A DNA stretch of 64,000 bases from Candidatus Limnocylindrales bacterium (GCA_036274475.1 DASUFO010000059.1:1151-65150), one strand, 5' to 3'. Positions 34,746 through 45,332 are shown, numbered from the stretch's first letter. Numbers and translations are program-made. Notes: generated by a model from the sequence alone, not told the origin.

Positions 34746-35096
34746 ATGGCACGAGTCAAGCGTGGCGTAACCGCCCACAAGCGACACAAGCGGCTGCTGA
34801 ACGCGGCCGAGGGCCGCAAGGGGACGAAGTCGCGGCTGATCAAGGCTTCGCGCGAGGCGAACCTCCACGCGATGGCCTACGCGACCCGCGACCGCAAGCA
34901 GCGCAAGCGCCAGATGCGCGAGCTCTGGATCGTCCGGATCAACGCGGCCGCGCGGCAGAATGGCATGACGTACGGCGCGTTCGTCGCCGGCCTCAAGAAG
35001 GCCGAGATCGAGCTCGACCGCAAGACCCTGGCGGACGTCGCCGTCCGCGATGCGGCCACGTTTACGAAGATCGTCGAGGCCGTGAAGGGCGCCTGA
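34746..35096 (+). CDS. rplT: 50S ribosomal protein L20
   Basis: [26 protein letters not shown]...[23 protein letters not shown] is canonical L20. Confidence 0.95.
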   Translation: MARVKRGVTAHKRHKRLLNAAEGRKGTKSRLIKASREANLHAMAYATRDRKQRKRQMRELWIVRINAAARQNGMTYGAFVAGLKKAEIELDRKTLADVAVRDAATFTKIVEAVKGA

Positions 35097-35112
35097 ACCA
35101 GGCAACCAACCG

Positions 35113-35150
35113 AACCCTCGGCCAGTGACAATGGTCGAGGGTTTCTGATT
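35113..35150 (+). terminator. terminator/attenuator-like hairpin between rplT and pheS
   Basis: Stem AACCCTCG (35113-35120) / CGAGGGTT (35136-35143), 15-nt loop, followed by TCTGATTCTC. Confidence 0.45.
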
Positions 35151-35172
35151 CTCAGCCGAGGCAAGGGAATTC

Positions 35173-36213
35173 TTGGAACTGACCGATCTCACCCGCGAGC
35201 TCGAGGCGTTGCGAGCCGACGCCGTCGCCTCCATCGAGGCTGCCGGCGACGTCCCGACGCTCGAGGCGATCGAGCTCGACGTGCTCGGCCGCAAAGGCAA
35301 GCTCACGCTGGTTCTGCGGGGTATCGGTGGGTTACCGCCGGAGGACCGGCCCAAGGTCGGAGCGATCGCCAACGAGGTGCGCGGTGCGATCGAGGCGGCG
35401 CTCGCGGAGCGCGGTGGCGCGCTCCGGGGATCCGCCCTCGAGGCCCGTCTCGCCGCGGAGACCGTCGACGTCACGACGCCCGGCCGGCCGATCCGCCGCG
35501 GCAGCCTCCACCCGATCATCGAGACCGTCCGCGAGATCGCCGACATCTTCGGCCAGTTCGGGTTCGTGATCTACGAGGGTCCGGAGGTCGAGGACGACCT
35601 GACGAACTTCCAGATGCTGAATATCCCGCCGGACCACCCGGCGCGTGACCTGTGGGACACGCTCTACGTCGACGTCGAGGGTCACCTCCTGCGGACCCAC
35701 ACGTCGCCCGGCCAAATCCGGGTCATGCAGGCCGAGAAGCCACCGATTCGTGCCCTGCTGCCTGGCCGCTGCTATCGCTACGAGGCGATCGACGCGAGCC
35801 ATGCCTCGGAGTTCTTCCAGGTCGAGGGACTCATGGTCGACGAGGGCACGACGATGGGCGACCTCAAGGGCCTCCTCGACCAGTTTGCGAAGGCGATGTA
35901 CGGCCACGACAAGCGGACCCGGTTCCGGCCCGGGTACTACCCGTTCACGGAGCCGTCGGTCGCCTTCGACGTCGAGTGCCTCGTCTGCGGCGGCTCGGGC
36001 TGCCCGGCGTGCTCGAAATCGGGCTGGATGACGATCCTCGGCGCCGGCATGGTCCACCCGGTGGTGCTCCAGTACGGCGGCCTCGACCCGGAGCGCTACC
36101 AGGGGTTCGCCTTCGGGATGGGCGTCGAGCGGATCGCGAACCTCCGCCACTCCGTCGGTGACCTGCGGCTGTACATGGAGAACGACCTCCGATTCCTGGG
36201 CCAGTTCCGATGA
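35173..36213 (+). CDS. pheS: phenylalanine--tRNA ligase alpha subunit
   Basis: TTG start after AAGGGA. HPARDLWDTLY, LLRTHTSPGQIR, CYRYEAIDASHASEFFQVEG, FRPGYYPFTEPS and GAGMVHP are present. Confidence 0.95.
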   Translation: MELTDLTRELEALRADAVASIEAAGDVPTLEAIELDVLGRKGKLTLVLRGIGGLPPEDRPKVGAIANEVRGAIEAALAERGGALRGSALEARLAAETVDVTTPGRPIRRGSLHPIIETVREIADIFGQFGFVIYEGPEVEDDLTNFQMLNIPPDHPARDLWDTLYVDVEGHLLRTHTSPGQIRVMQAEKPPIRALLPGRCYRYEAIDASHASEFFQVEGLMVDEGTTMGDLKGLLDQFAKAMYGHDKRTRFRPGYYPFTEPSVAFDVECLVCGGSGCPACSKSGWMTILGAGMVHPVVLQYGGLDPERYQGFAFGMGVERIANLRHSVGDLRLYMENDLRFLGQFR

Positions 36214-38729
36214 GGGTGCCTCTCAGCTGGTTGGCCGACTACGTCGATATCGAGCTGACCCCGGAGGCCCTCGCCGAGCGGCTCACGCTGCTCGGGATGG
36301 AGGTCAAGGCCATCGAACAATGGGGGAGCGACTGGCGAAATGTCGTCGTCGGTGAGCTGCTGACGGTCGAGAAGCACCCTCGCGCCGACCGGCTGTCGCT
36401 GACGACCGTCACGCTCGGCGACGGATCCGCGCCGCTCGAGATCGTGTGCGGGGCCACGAACATCGCGCCCGGCCAGCGGATCCCGGTCGCGCTCCCCGGC
36501 GCGGTCCTCCCCGGCGACCGCCGCATCGAGCGCACCGAGAAGATGGGCGTCGTCTCGAACGGCATGCTCTGCTCGGGCGACGAGCTCAACCTCACGTCCG
36601 ACGCCGACGGGATCCTCATCCTGCCCCCCGAGACGCCGCTCGGCGTTGCGCTCCAGGATCTCTACGGCGATACGGTCCTCGATGTCGACGTGAAGCCGAA
36701 CCGGGGCGACGCCCTCAGCCTCGTTGGCCTCGCTCGTGAGGTCGCCGCCGTGACCGGCGGAACGGTCCGCTTCCCTGAGACCGATCCGGCGGAAGCCGGC
36801 GAGCCGGTCGACCGTTTCGTCGACGTCGAAGTCCGGGACACCCGGCTCTGCAGCCGGTTCGTTGCGCGCTGGGTGGGCGGCGTCGAGATCGGGCCGTCCC
36901 CGGACCGCGTCCAGATGCGGCTCCGGGCAGCCGGCGTTCGCCCGATCAGCAACGTCGTCGATGCGAGCAACTACGTGATGCTCGAGCTCGGCAAGCCGAT
37001 CCACACGTACGACGCTGCGGGCGTCGCAACGGCCGAGGATGGTCGGCACCGGCTGATCGTCCGCCGCGCCGAACCCGGCGAGCGGATCGAGACGCTCGAC
37101 CACGTCATTCGGACGCTCGACCCCGACACGCTCCTGATCACGGATCCACGTGGCCCTGTCGGCATCGCGGGTGTGATGGGCGACGCGCCCTCGGAGGTCA
37201 AGGACACCACGACCGACGTCATCGTCGAATCGGCGATCTTCGATCCGGTCGCGATCCGCCGGACCGGCCAGCGATATGCGCTCCGGAGCGAGGCAAGCCT
37301 CCGGTTCGAGAAGGGTCAGGAGTTCCGGCTGGCACGGATCGGTGCCGACCGCACCGCGCGGCTGATCCACGAATGGGCCGGCGGCGCGGTTGCGCCGGGC
37401 CGCGTCGACACGGCGCCCGACGAGCCGGAACCAAGCCGCGTCGCGTTCCGGACGGCCCGCGTCAATCAGCTCCTCGGGACGACAATCTCCGAAGACGAGC
37501 AGCGGGCGTTCCTCGATCGCGTCGGCATCGCCACGGAGCCCGTATCGCTGCCCGTCGAGATCCCGGTGTCGAGCGACCCGAAACCTCGGGTCGTGACGAC
37601 GCGTGACGAGGCGCTGGTGGCGATCGTTCCGACGTGGCGCCGCGACATCGTCATCGAGGCCGACATCACCGAGGAGATCGCCCGCGTCCGGGGCTACGAG
37701 CTGACGCCCAACATCCTGCCCCACACGCCGATGCCGCCATTCCGCGACCCGCCGCTCGAGGTCCGCGACGAGATCCGCGAGACGCTGGCAGGGGCCGGCC
37801 TCTCCGAGGTCGTCACGCATGCCCTCGTGTCGCCGAAGATCGCGAACGCGTTTCGCTGGGAAGCTCCGCTGCCGACGGTCGCGGGCTCGTCGCCCGAGGG
37901 CGGCCGTCCGATCACGATCACGAACCCGCTTTCCGCGGACCACTCCGTGCTGAGGCCCGCGCTCGTTGGCAGCCTGGTCCAGGTCGTGTCGACGAACCTC
38001 CGCCATGGCGTCGACGACGTCACGATCTTCGAGATCGGGAAGGGTTACGGGGCGGACGGTACGGACGCCGGCGGCGCGGTTCGTGAATGGTGGCGGCTCG
38101 GGCTCGCGGGAACCGGTGCCGGCGACCCCGCCGCCTTCAATCGACCGACCCGGCCCTATGACATCGACGACCTCAAGGGTGCGATCGACCTCGTCGCGGG
38201 GCGCCTCGGCTTCGACGAGCCGGTGTACCGCGCGGAGCGCGGCGAACCGCTGCTTCACCCGGGCCGCGCCGCCCGTGTCGAGGCCCATCGCGACGGGATG
38301 CTCGTGCTCGCCGGCGTCCTCGGCGAGCTCCATCCCTCGATCGCCGACGAGTGGGACCTGCGAGCGCGGGTCGTCGTCGCGGAGCTCGATGTGTCGGGGC
38401 TGGCAGGCGGCAAGCGCCGGGCCGTGTCGGCGGCTCCGCCACCGCGCCACCCGTCGAGCGAGCGAGACCTCGCGGTCGTCGTCTCCGAGAGCGTCGCCGC
38501 GGGCGACGTCGCCGCCGCGATCCGGGCAAGCGCCGGGAACACGCTCACTGAGCTGCGCCTGTTCGACGTCTATCGGGGCGCGCCGCTCGGCCAGGACGAG
38601 AAGAGCCTCGCCTATCGCCTCACGTTCCGGGCGCCGGATCGGACGCTCGCCGAGGCCGAGGTCGAGGCCTCAATCGCGGCGATCACCGAGGCCCTGCGAA
38701 CAGAAGTCGGCGGGCGGATCAGGACCTGA
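36210..38729 (+). CDS. pheT: phenylalanine--tRNA ligase beta subunit
   Basis: ATGA overlap with pheS. MRVPLSWLADYVD, the tRNA-binding domain, and the B3/4, B5 and FDX-ACB domains are recognisable. Confidence 0.95.
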   Translation: MRVPLSWLADYVDIELTPEALAERLTLLGMEVKAIEQWGSDWRNVVVGELLTVEKHPRADRLSLTTVTLGDGSAPLEIVCGATNIAPGQRIPVALPGAVLPGDRRIERTEKMGVVSNGMLCSGDELNLTSDADGILILPPETPLGVALQDLYGDTVLDVDVKPNRGDALSLVGLAREVAAVTGGTVRFPETDPAEAGEPVDRFVDVEVRDTRLCSRFVARWVGGVEIGPSPDRVQMRLRAAGVRPISNVVDASNYVMLELGKPIHTYDAAGVATAEDGRHRLIVRRAEPGERIETLDHVIRTLDPDTLLITDPRGPVGIAGVMGDAPSEVKDTTTDVIVESAIFDPVAIRRTGQRYALRSEASLRFEKGQEFRLARIGADRTARLIHEWAGGAVAPGRVDTAPDEPEPSRVAFRTARVNQLLGTTISEDEQRAFLDRVGIATEPVSLPVEIPVSSDPKPRVVTTRDEALVAIVPTWRRDIVIEADITEEIARVRGYELTPNILPHTPMPPFRDPPLEVRDEIRETLAGAGLSEVVTHALVSPKIANAFRWEAPLPTVAGSSPEGGRPITITNPLSADHSVLRPALVGSLVQVVSTNLRHGVDDVTIFEIGKGYGADGTDAGGAVREWWRLGLAGTGAGDPAAFNRPTRPYDIDDLKGAIDLVAGRLGFDEPVYRAERGEPLLHPGRAARVEAHRDGMLVLAGVLGELHPSIADEWDLRARVVVAELDVSGLAGGKRRAVSAAPPPRHPSSERDLAVVVSESVAAGDVAAAIRASAGNTLTELRLFDVYRGAPLGQDEKSLAYRLTFRAPDRTLAEAEVEASIAAITEALRTEVGGRIRT

Positions 38730-38817
38730 GTCCTGCTTGCGACCCCGGAATCCGCGCTGTTACCCTGTCCGGCGCTGCCCGGCACGGGTCGCCACCGTCA
38801 CCCCTTGAGGAGACTGC

Positions 38818-39432
38818 GTGAACGTCGGGGAAGCAATCATCAACTTCAACAGGTTCGACCTGTTGTTCCTGCTGTTCCTCTTCGGGATGTTCGTCCTCGG
38901 GTTCATGCAGGGGACGATCCGCCGGCTGCTCGGGCTCGGGTCGATGCTGTTCTCGTTCCTCTTCGCGGCGAACGTTCGCGACTTCATCGGCCCGTTCCTT
39001 GCGGCGAACTGGAACCAGTTCCCGGACGAGTACGCGGTGATGCTCGGCTTCGCGATCGTCTTCGTGGCCTCGACCGTCGCGTTCTCGTTGATCATCCAGG
39101 GCTTCTACCATCGCCAGCCGCTGTTCCAGAAGTACACGTTCGTCGACGAAGCGATCGGCGGGGTCCTCGGCGTGATCCAGGGTGCTTTCCTGATGGGCTG
39201 CATCATCGTGATCCTGGACTCGTACTTCCTGATTCCGGGCGCCCCGCAATCCTCGGGTGAGCTGCCGATCCTGCGCTCGTTCTTCGACTTCTACACCGAC
39301 TCCGGCACGGCCGACCTGTTCAGGACCCAGTTGATTCCGGGCTTCTACAACATCTTCGGCCTGTTCATTCCCGAGAACCTCAAGCAGTTCTACATCAGCG
39401 GCCCGGCGCCGGCACCGCCGCCGGAAGCCTGA
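38818..39432 (+). CDS. cvpA: CvpA family membrane protein
   Basis: GTG after GAGGAG. The N-terminus NRFDLLFLLFLFGMFVLGFMQG...RRLLGLGSMLFSFLFA and four TM segments are typical of CvpA. The position between pheT and mutS2 mirrors Bacillus synteny. Confidence 0.8.
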   Translation: MNVGEAIINFNRFDLLFLLFLFGMFVLGFMQGTIRRLLGLGSMLFSFLFAANVRDFIGPFLAANWNQFPDEYAVMLGFAIVFVASTVAFSLIIQGFYHRQPLFQKYTFVDEAIGGVLGVIQGAFLMGCIIVILDSYFLIPGAPQSSGELPILRSFFDFYTDSGTADLFRTQLIPGFYNIFGLFIPENLKQFYISGPAPAPPPEA

Positions 39433-40121
39433 CGGACCTTCGGTCGCTCTTCAGCCGGCCGACGCTCGATGTCGCGCGAGGCCTGATCGGGCTGCACCTC
39501 GTCCGGCCTGCTGACGGTGACACTCCGAGGCGTGTCGGGCGAATCGTCGAGGTCGAGGCGTACATCGGCGAGGACGACCGGGCATCGCACGCCCGGTTCG
39601 GGCGGACCGGCCGCAATGCGGTCATGTACGGACCGCCGGGGATCGCCTACGTTTACCTCGTGTACGGCATGTATGACTGCCTCAACATCGTGACCGAAGC
39701 GGCCGGGCGGCCGGCGGCCGTCCTCGTTCGGGCGGTCGAGCCGCTCGAGGGCATCGCGGCGATGCGCGACGCACGCGTGACGTGGCACCGGACCCGACGC
39801 AGAAACGCCGCCTCGCATGCGGCAACGCTCGAAGCCGAACAGCGTCGTCTCGCCCGAACGCCCGACGCCGGCCTCGCCCGGGGACCGGGTCTCGTGGCCG
39901 CTGCCTTCGGGATCGACCGGTCGATGACCGGGCTCGACCTGCTGGACCCGGCGTCGCGGCTCCATCTCACCGTGCCGTCCGATGCGGGCCGGACCGCGGT
40001 CGCCTCGACACCCCGGATCGGGATCGCCTACGCCGGCGAACCGTGGACGGGCGTCGCGTGGCGCTTCATCGATCCGGCCAGCGCGTCGCTCTCCGGCCCG
40101 CGCCGGCCGCGGAGCTGCTGA
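39429..40121 (+). CDS. mpg: DNA-3-methyladenine glycosylase (Mpg/AAG family); start codon non-canonical or unresolved
   Basis: GRIVEVEAYIGEDDRASHARFGRTGRNAVMYGPPGIAYVYLVYGMYDCLNIV is the canonical Mpg core. The conserved N-terminal 65 codons upstream of the first ATG (39624) contain no in-frame ATG, GTG or TTG. The CTG at 39429 overlaps the cvpA stop (CTGA). Confidence 0.8.
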   Translation: MTDLRSLFSRPTLDVARGLIGLHLVRPADGDTPRRVGRIVEVEAYIGEDDRASHARFGRTGRNAVMYGPPGIAYVYLVYGMYDCLNIVTEAAGRPAAVLVRAVEPLEGIAAMRDARVTWHRTRRRNAASHAATLEAEQRRLARTPDAGLARGPGLVAAAFGIDRSMTGLDLLDPASRLHLTVPSDAGRTAVASTPRIGIAYAGEPWTGVAWRFIDPASASLSGPRRPRSC

Positions 40122-40126
40122 TCGCG

Positions 40127-42505
40127 ATGGACGCTCGGTCGATCGCGTTGCTGGAGTTCCCGCTCATCCGCGAGCGCCTCGCGGAACATACGTCGTTCCC
40201 GCCGTCGCAGCGCCTCGCCGCGGCCCTCGAGCCCTCGTCGGACCCCGTGATCGTGGCGCGCGGTCTCGACGAGACGGATCAGGCCCGGGCGCTGCTCACC
40301 GAACGGCCCGGTGTCGGCATCGGTGGCTCGCACGACATCGGTCCGGCGGTGGAGCGGGCGGCCCGCGGCGGTCGCCTCGACGCGAGCCAGTTCCTCGAGA
40401 TCGCCGACACGCTCGACGCGGCCGCCCGTCTGCAGACGTCGATCGCGGACGATCGCCGGCCGTTGCTTCACGCGCTCGCGCGCGAGATTCACCCCCTGCC
40501 CGCGGTCCGCTCGACGCTCGCGCGGAGCTTCGATCCGGCCGGTGAGCTGCTCGATACCGCCTCGCCGCGTCTCGGCGGGCTGCGCGCCGCGGTACGCGTC
40601 GCCTACGACCGGTTGCGGCGCCGGCTCGACTCGCTCGTCGGCTCGGAGCTGGGCGGCGCGCTCCAGGAGCCGATCGTAACGCTCCGCAACGGCCGCTACG
40701 TCGTCCCGGTCAAGGCCGAGGCCCGGAGTCGCGTCAAGGGGATCGTCCACGACGCGTCCGGCAGCGGCGCGACGCTCTTCGTCGAGCCGATGGTCGCGGT
40801 CGAGCTGGGCAATGCGTGGCGCGAGGCGCAAGCGGCGGAGCAGGAGGAGGTCGAACGGATCCTCGACGAACTGTCGGCGCTCGTGGCGGCGAATGCGGTC
40901 CAGCTGCGCGAGACGCTCGAATCGCTCGCTCGCTTCGACTTCTGGGCGGCGAAGGCCAATCTCGCGGCCGAGATGGACGGCGTCCGGGCGGCAACGGCCG
41001 AGCGTCCCGAGGTGGAGCTGCTGAGCGCCCGCCACCCGGGCCTGACGGGCCGTGTCATCCCCATCGACATCCGACTCGGCGAGGGCTACACCGCGCTCGT
41101 GGTCACCGGCCCGAACACCGGCGGCAAGACCGTCACGCTCCGGACGCTCGGGCTCCTCGCGCTCATGCACCAGGCGGGCCTCCACATCCCGGCCGCCGGC
41201 GGCTCGCGGCTGCCGATCCTGCGCGACGTCTTCGCCGACATCGGCGACGAGCAGTCGATCGCCCAATCGCTCTCGACGTTCTCGGGTCACCTGCGCTCGA
41301 TCACCCGGATCGTGGAGGCGGCAGGTCCCGGCACGCTCGTGCTGCTCGACGAGCTCGGTGCCGGCACCGACCCGACCGAGGGCTCCGCGCTGGCCCAGGC
41401 GCTTCTCGATCACTTCATCCGGGCCGGCGCGCTCGTCGCGGCGACCACCCACTACGCCGAGCTGAAGGCGTACGCCCACACGACGGACGGTGCGCGCAAC
41501 GCGTCGGTCGAATTCGACCTCGAGACGCTCTCGCCGACGTACCGCCTGACGATCGGGCTGCCCGGTGGCAGCCAGGCATTCGCGATCGCGGAGCGACTCG
41601 GGCTGAGCCCGGACATCGTTGCCGACGCCCGCTCCCGGCTGTCGGAGAACCAGCGCGCGTTCGAGGAAACGCTCGCGAGGATCCGCGAGAGCGAGGGCGA
41701 GGCGAGCGAAGCACTCGATCGCGCGCGGGCGGCGGAGCTGCGAGCGGCGGAAGCGCTGCGCGAAGCCGCCGAGGAGCGCCGGCGCGCCCGACGCGAGCGG
41801 GACGAGCTGATCCGGACCGCGCGGGACGAGGCGGAACGCGTCGTCGCCGACCTGCGCGACGACGTGAAGGCCACGCGCAAGACGCTCGAGCGCCAGACCG
41901 TGACCGTACCCGCGCTCGACGCCGCGGTCGCCCGCGCCGAAACCCACCTGGAGCGCCTGCCGGACGCCCCCGCCGCGGCACCGCCGCCCGCGGCGCCGGG
42001 TCCCGCGCACGAATGGCGCGTGGGAGAGCGGGCCAAGAGCCGGGCCGGCGGCTGGGAGGGGCGGGTGGCGGCCCTGGAGCGGGGCGGCAAGCGGGCGACG
42101 CTCGAAGCCGGCGGCATGCGCGTCACCGTGGCGGTCGATGACCTCGAGCCGATCGTCGGATCGCCGGGCGGGGGCGGCGACGGCGCCACGAATGGCTCGC
42201 CGTCAGCCAGGTCAGTGACCGGGAGCTCGAGCCCGACCGGCCTGCGCCTTGACCGCGCTCGCAGCGTCGCCTCGTCGCTCGACCTGCGGGGCGCCCGCGT
42301 CGACGAGGCGCTCGACGCACTCGGTCGCTATCTGGACGACGCGGCGCTGGCCGGTCTCGACCAGGTCCTGATCATCCACGGCCTCGGGACGGGCGCCCTG
42401 CGGGACGCGGTCCGGGCCGAGGCGGCGAGCCATCCGCTCGTGAAGTCGGTTCGCCCTGGCGAGCGTGGCGAGGGCGGCGACGGAGCCTCCATCATCAAGC
42501 TGTAG
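40127..42505 (+). CDS. mutS2: endonuclease MutS2 (MutS domain plus C-terminal Smr domain)
   Basis: 792 aa from the ATG at 40127. It has the Walker A motif VTGPNTGGKT, LLDELGAGTDP, and a C-terminal Smr domain (LDLRGARVDEALDALGRYLD...IIHGLGTGALR). Confidence 0.95.
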   Translation: MDARSIALLEFPLIRERLAEHTSFPPSQRLAAALEPSSDPVIVARGLDETDQARALLTERPGVGIGGSHDIGPAVERAARGGRLDASQFLEIADTLDAAARLQTSIADDRRPLLHALAREIHPLPAVRSTLARSFDPAGELLDTASPRLGGLRAAVRVAYDRLRRRLDSLVGSELGGALQEPIVTLRNGRYVVPVKAEARSRVKGIVHDASGSGATLFVEPMVAVELGNAWREAQAAEQEEVERILDELSALVAANAVQLRETLESLARFDFWAAKANLAAEMDGVRAATAERPEVELLSARHPGLTGRVIPIDIRLGEGYTALVVTGPNTGGKTVTLRTLGLLALMHQAGLHIPAAGGSRLPILRDVFADIGDEQSIAQSLSTFSGHLRSITRIVEAAGPGTLVLLDELGAGTDPTEGSALAQALLDHFIRAGALVAATTHYAELKAYAHTTDGARNASVEFDLETLSPTYRLTIGLPGGSQAFAIAERLGLSPDIVADARSRLSENQRAFEETLARIRESEGEASEALDRARAAELRAAEALREAAEERRRARRERDELIRTARDEAERVVADLRDDVKATRKTLERQTVTVPALDAAVARAETHLERLPDAPAAAPPPAAPGPAHEWRVGERAKSRAGGWEGRVAALERGGKRATLEAGGMRVTVAVDDLEPIVGSPGGGGDGATNGSPSARSVTGSSSPTGLRLDRARSVASSLDLRGARVDEALDALGRYLDDAALAGLDQVLIIHGLGTGALRDAVRAEAASHPLVKSVRPGERGEGGDGASIIKL

Positions 42506-42635
42506 GGAGCCGCATGACGCCAGCTGGCCACGCTGGCGCCTCCGCTCCGCGCTCACGGACGTTCAAAGCCCGCTCGATTGCGGTGCTCGGCGCCGCCTCG
42601 CCATCGGGCGCGCCCCGCAGGCGTACCGATCCGCG

Positions 42636-45332
42636 CTACGGCTTTGGCGTCTTGTTCCCGTTGCCGGGCGGCTTGGGCGTGGGCTTGCCCGGAGGCTCGT
42701 CGCTGGGGCACGGCGGCAGGAACAGGATTCCGCACAGCTGCGGCGGCTCCGGCTCCGGGATCGGGCACTTCTCGGTGGGCGCGAAGATCCCACCCCAGCT
42801 CCGACCGTACGGGTAGAAGCCCGAGCCGTAGAAGTACGACGTCCGCGTGCCCTCCGGGCCGCCCGCGACACCGCTGCCGCGCGCCGCGCGCTTCTGCCAG
42901 CCCCGGTCGTAGTAGCCCCACTTGTCGATGTCCTCGGCGCTGCTGAAGTCGAGCGCGCCGACCGTCTTCTTCGGTCCGGCGCAGCCGTCCTGCCACAGCA
43001 GGCCACTCGCCTCGTCGATCTCGACCGAACGATGGAAGTCGTCGGTCGAGCGGGGGACCGTGCCCTTGATGAACAGCTCGTCGACCGTGCGGCTCGTGAA
43101 CGGCCCGGGTCGCATCCCGGTGAACGCGTCGACCTTGGCGACCTCGAGTCCCGCAGGCTTGTGCCAGCCCTCGATGGGCAGGTCCTTGCTGACGTCGCGC
43201 ATGATGCGCGACCAGAGCGGCGCCGACGACGCGAGCGAGAGCGTGTCGGTGTTCGGGTCGTTGTTGCTGTTGCCCATCCAGACGCCGACGGCGAGGGCGG
43301 GCAGCGACGGATCCTCGGGCGGTGCCAGGAACCCGTACGCGTGGGTGTCGCGGTTGTCGTTGGTCGTGCCGGTCTTGTAGGCGGCCGGTCGCCGCTCGCG
43401 GCCCTTGTAGACGGCCCATTCGCCCCAGAAGGGGTTGACCTTCGTGTTCGTGTTGCCCGCCAGGATGTCCGTGATGATGTACGCGGCCTGGGGGCTGATC
43501 ACCTCACGCGGCTTCGCCATCGGGATGGACGGATCGGGATAGACCTGGTTGCCGTCGCCGTCGGTGATCGAGAGGATCGTCGTCCGCGGCATCAGGACGC
43601 CGCCGTCGGCGATCGCGCCGTACGCGCCGAGCAGATCGATCGGGTGGACCTCGATCGTGCCGATGCCCATGGAGAGGACCGGCACGGAGTTGGGCACGTA
43701 CTGGATGCCGAAGTCCTTCGAGCGCTCGTAGAAGTGGTCGAGGCCGTTGATGATCCCGGCTTTGATCGAGGGGATGTTCAGCGAGAACTGCAGGGCCGAG
43801 CGGAGCCGGACCGGGCCACGCTCGAGGCCGTCGGCCTGGGTAGGGGTGAATCCGCGTCCGAAGTCCGTCGTGACGTCCATGAACATCGTGGCCGCGGTCA
43901 TGGTCTTGTCGTCGATCCCGATCGCGTAGTTGATCGGCTTGATCGACGACCCGGGCTGGCGCCAGCCGTCCGAGAGCACGTCGAACTGGGGCTGGAACTT
44001 GTCGTTGCCGGGGCTCGTGTAGCTGGCGGATCCGACGTAGGCGAGGACCTCGCCGGTCCGATAGTCGATGACGGCCGAGGCGGCGTTGTGGATGTTCTTG
44101 CCCTTCAGATTCCGCAGCCACGGCCAGTCGGACTTCGGGATCTTGAGGTTCTCGAGATAGGTCTCGGTGTCCCTGAACGTCGTCGCCCGGGCCGCGGCGT
44201 AGACCCACTTCTCGGTCGTGCCCTGCATGTCCATGTTGAGGGTCGTCGTGACCTGGTAGCCGCCCGTGTCGATCTTCTCGCACGCATCGACCGGCTGACC
44301 GGGACAGAGGATTCGAGCGAGCTCGTTGCGCACCTGCCAGACGAAGTGCGGCGCCTTCCACTGGACCGGGAGCTGGGGGGCAAGGATCACCGGCTCCGCC
44401 TTGGCCTGCTCGTACTCGCGGAGCGTGTGGCGCTTGCCGCTGAGCGGGCTCTCCGTCTTCATCCGGTCGAGGATGTAGTTCCGTCGGATGACGACCTCGC
44501 TGTCGGCGGGCACGACGAGGTCGAACTTCGTGCAGTCGGTGCCTTCGGGCGGCTCCTCCTTGCAAATGGGTTCGGCATTCTTCGTCAGGTCGAACTTCGT
44601 CGGCGACTGGGGGATCGCGGCAAGGATCGCGGCCTCGGCCAGCGTCAGGTCCTCGAGGCTCTTGTTGAAGTACTGGCGCGCCGCCGCCTTCACGCCGTAG
44701 GACTGGTTGCCGTAGAAGTTCTGGTTCAGATACGCGGTGATGATCTGCTGCTTGCCCTTCTCGCCCGGGTAGGCCTGGGTCAGGCGGACCGACTGGATGA
44801 TCTCGCGGATCTTGCGTTCCTCGCGGCTTCCTTCGAACGCGCTCGGCGGCAGAAGGCGGGCCCGGACGAGCTGCTGGGTGATCGTCGAGCCGCCGCGCGG
44901 CCGGCCGTTGAGCGTGTCGACGGTCGCGGAGACGAAGCCCGCGAAGTCGAAGCCGGGGTTCACCCAGAAGTCCTTGTCCTCGATCGCCGTCGTGGCGTCG
45001 AGGACTTCGGGCGTCAGCTCGTCGAAGCCCACGATCTCGCGCTTGCGCTCGCCGAGGCGGGCCAGCTCGATCGTGCCCGTTCGGTCGTAGATCCGCGTCT
45101 GCTCGTCGAATTCGAGGTTCGCGAGGGCGGCCTCCGGGCTCGGGAGGCCGTTCGCGTAGTAGCTGTAAGCGGCGACGAAGCCCAGCACACCCGTCGTGCC
45201 CGCAGCGAGGAAGGCGACGAAGAGAATGATCGGGATCGCAATCGCGGTTCGCTTCAGTGCGGAGGAGCCGCGGGGCCGCCGGTGGGCGCCTAGTCTTCGA
45301 TGACGCTGGCGCCTCGCCAGGCTGGTCTGCAT
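42636..45332 (-). CDS. class A penicillin-binding protein (glycosyltransferase 51 + transpeptidase)
   Basis: N-terminal TM anchor. The GT51 motifs are AIEDKDFW and RGGSTITQQL. The transpeptidase motifs are GSSIKP (SxxK) and YKTGTTND (KTG). The tail is Pro/Cys-rich. The ATG at 45332 is preferred to 45428, which would overlap tyrS. Confidence 0.9.
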   Translation of the reverse strand: MQTSLARRQRHRRLGAHRRPRGSSALKRTAIAIPIILFVAFLAAGTTGVLGFVAAYSYYANGLPSPEAALANLEFDEQTRIYDRTGTIELARLGERKREIVGFDELTPEVLDATTAIEDKDFWVNPGFDFAGFVSATVDTLNGRPRGGSTITQQLVRARLLPPSAFEGSREERKIREIIQSVRLTQAYPGEKGKQQIITAYLNQNFYGNQSYGVKAAARQYFNKSLEDLTLAEAAILAAIPQSPTKFDLTKNAEPICKEEPPEGTDCTKFDLVVPADSEVVIRRNYILDRMKTESPLSGKRHTLREYEQAKAEPVILAPQLPVQWKAPHFVWQVRNELARILCPGQPVDACEKIDTGGYQVTTTLNMDMQGTTEKWVYAAARATTFRDTETYLENLKIPKSDWPWLRNLKGKNIHNAASAVIDYRTGEVLAYVGSASYTSPGNDKFQPQFDVLSDGWRQPGSSIKPINYAIGIDDKTMTAATMFMDVTTDFGRGFTPTQADGLERGPVRLRSALQFSLNIPSIKAGIINGLDHFYERSKDFGIQYVPNSVPVLSMGIGTIEVHPIDLLGAYGAIADGGVLMPRTTILSITDGDGNQVYPDPSIPMAKPREVISPQAAYIITDILAGNTNTKVNPFWGEWAVYKGRERRPAAYKTGTTNDNRDTHAYGFLAPPEDPSLPALAVGVWMGNSNNDPNTDTLSLASSAPLWSRIMRDVSKDLPIEGWHKPAGLEVAKVDAFTGMRPGPFTSRTVDELFIKGTVPRSTDDFHRSVEIDEASGLLWQDGCAGPKKTVGALDFSSAEDIDKWGYYDRGWQKRAARGSGVAGGPEGTRTSYFYGSGFYPYGRSWGGIFAPTEKCPIPEPEPPQLCGILFLPPCPSDEPPGKPTPKPPGNGNKTPKP

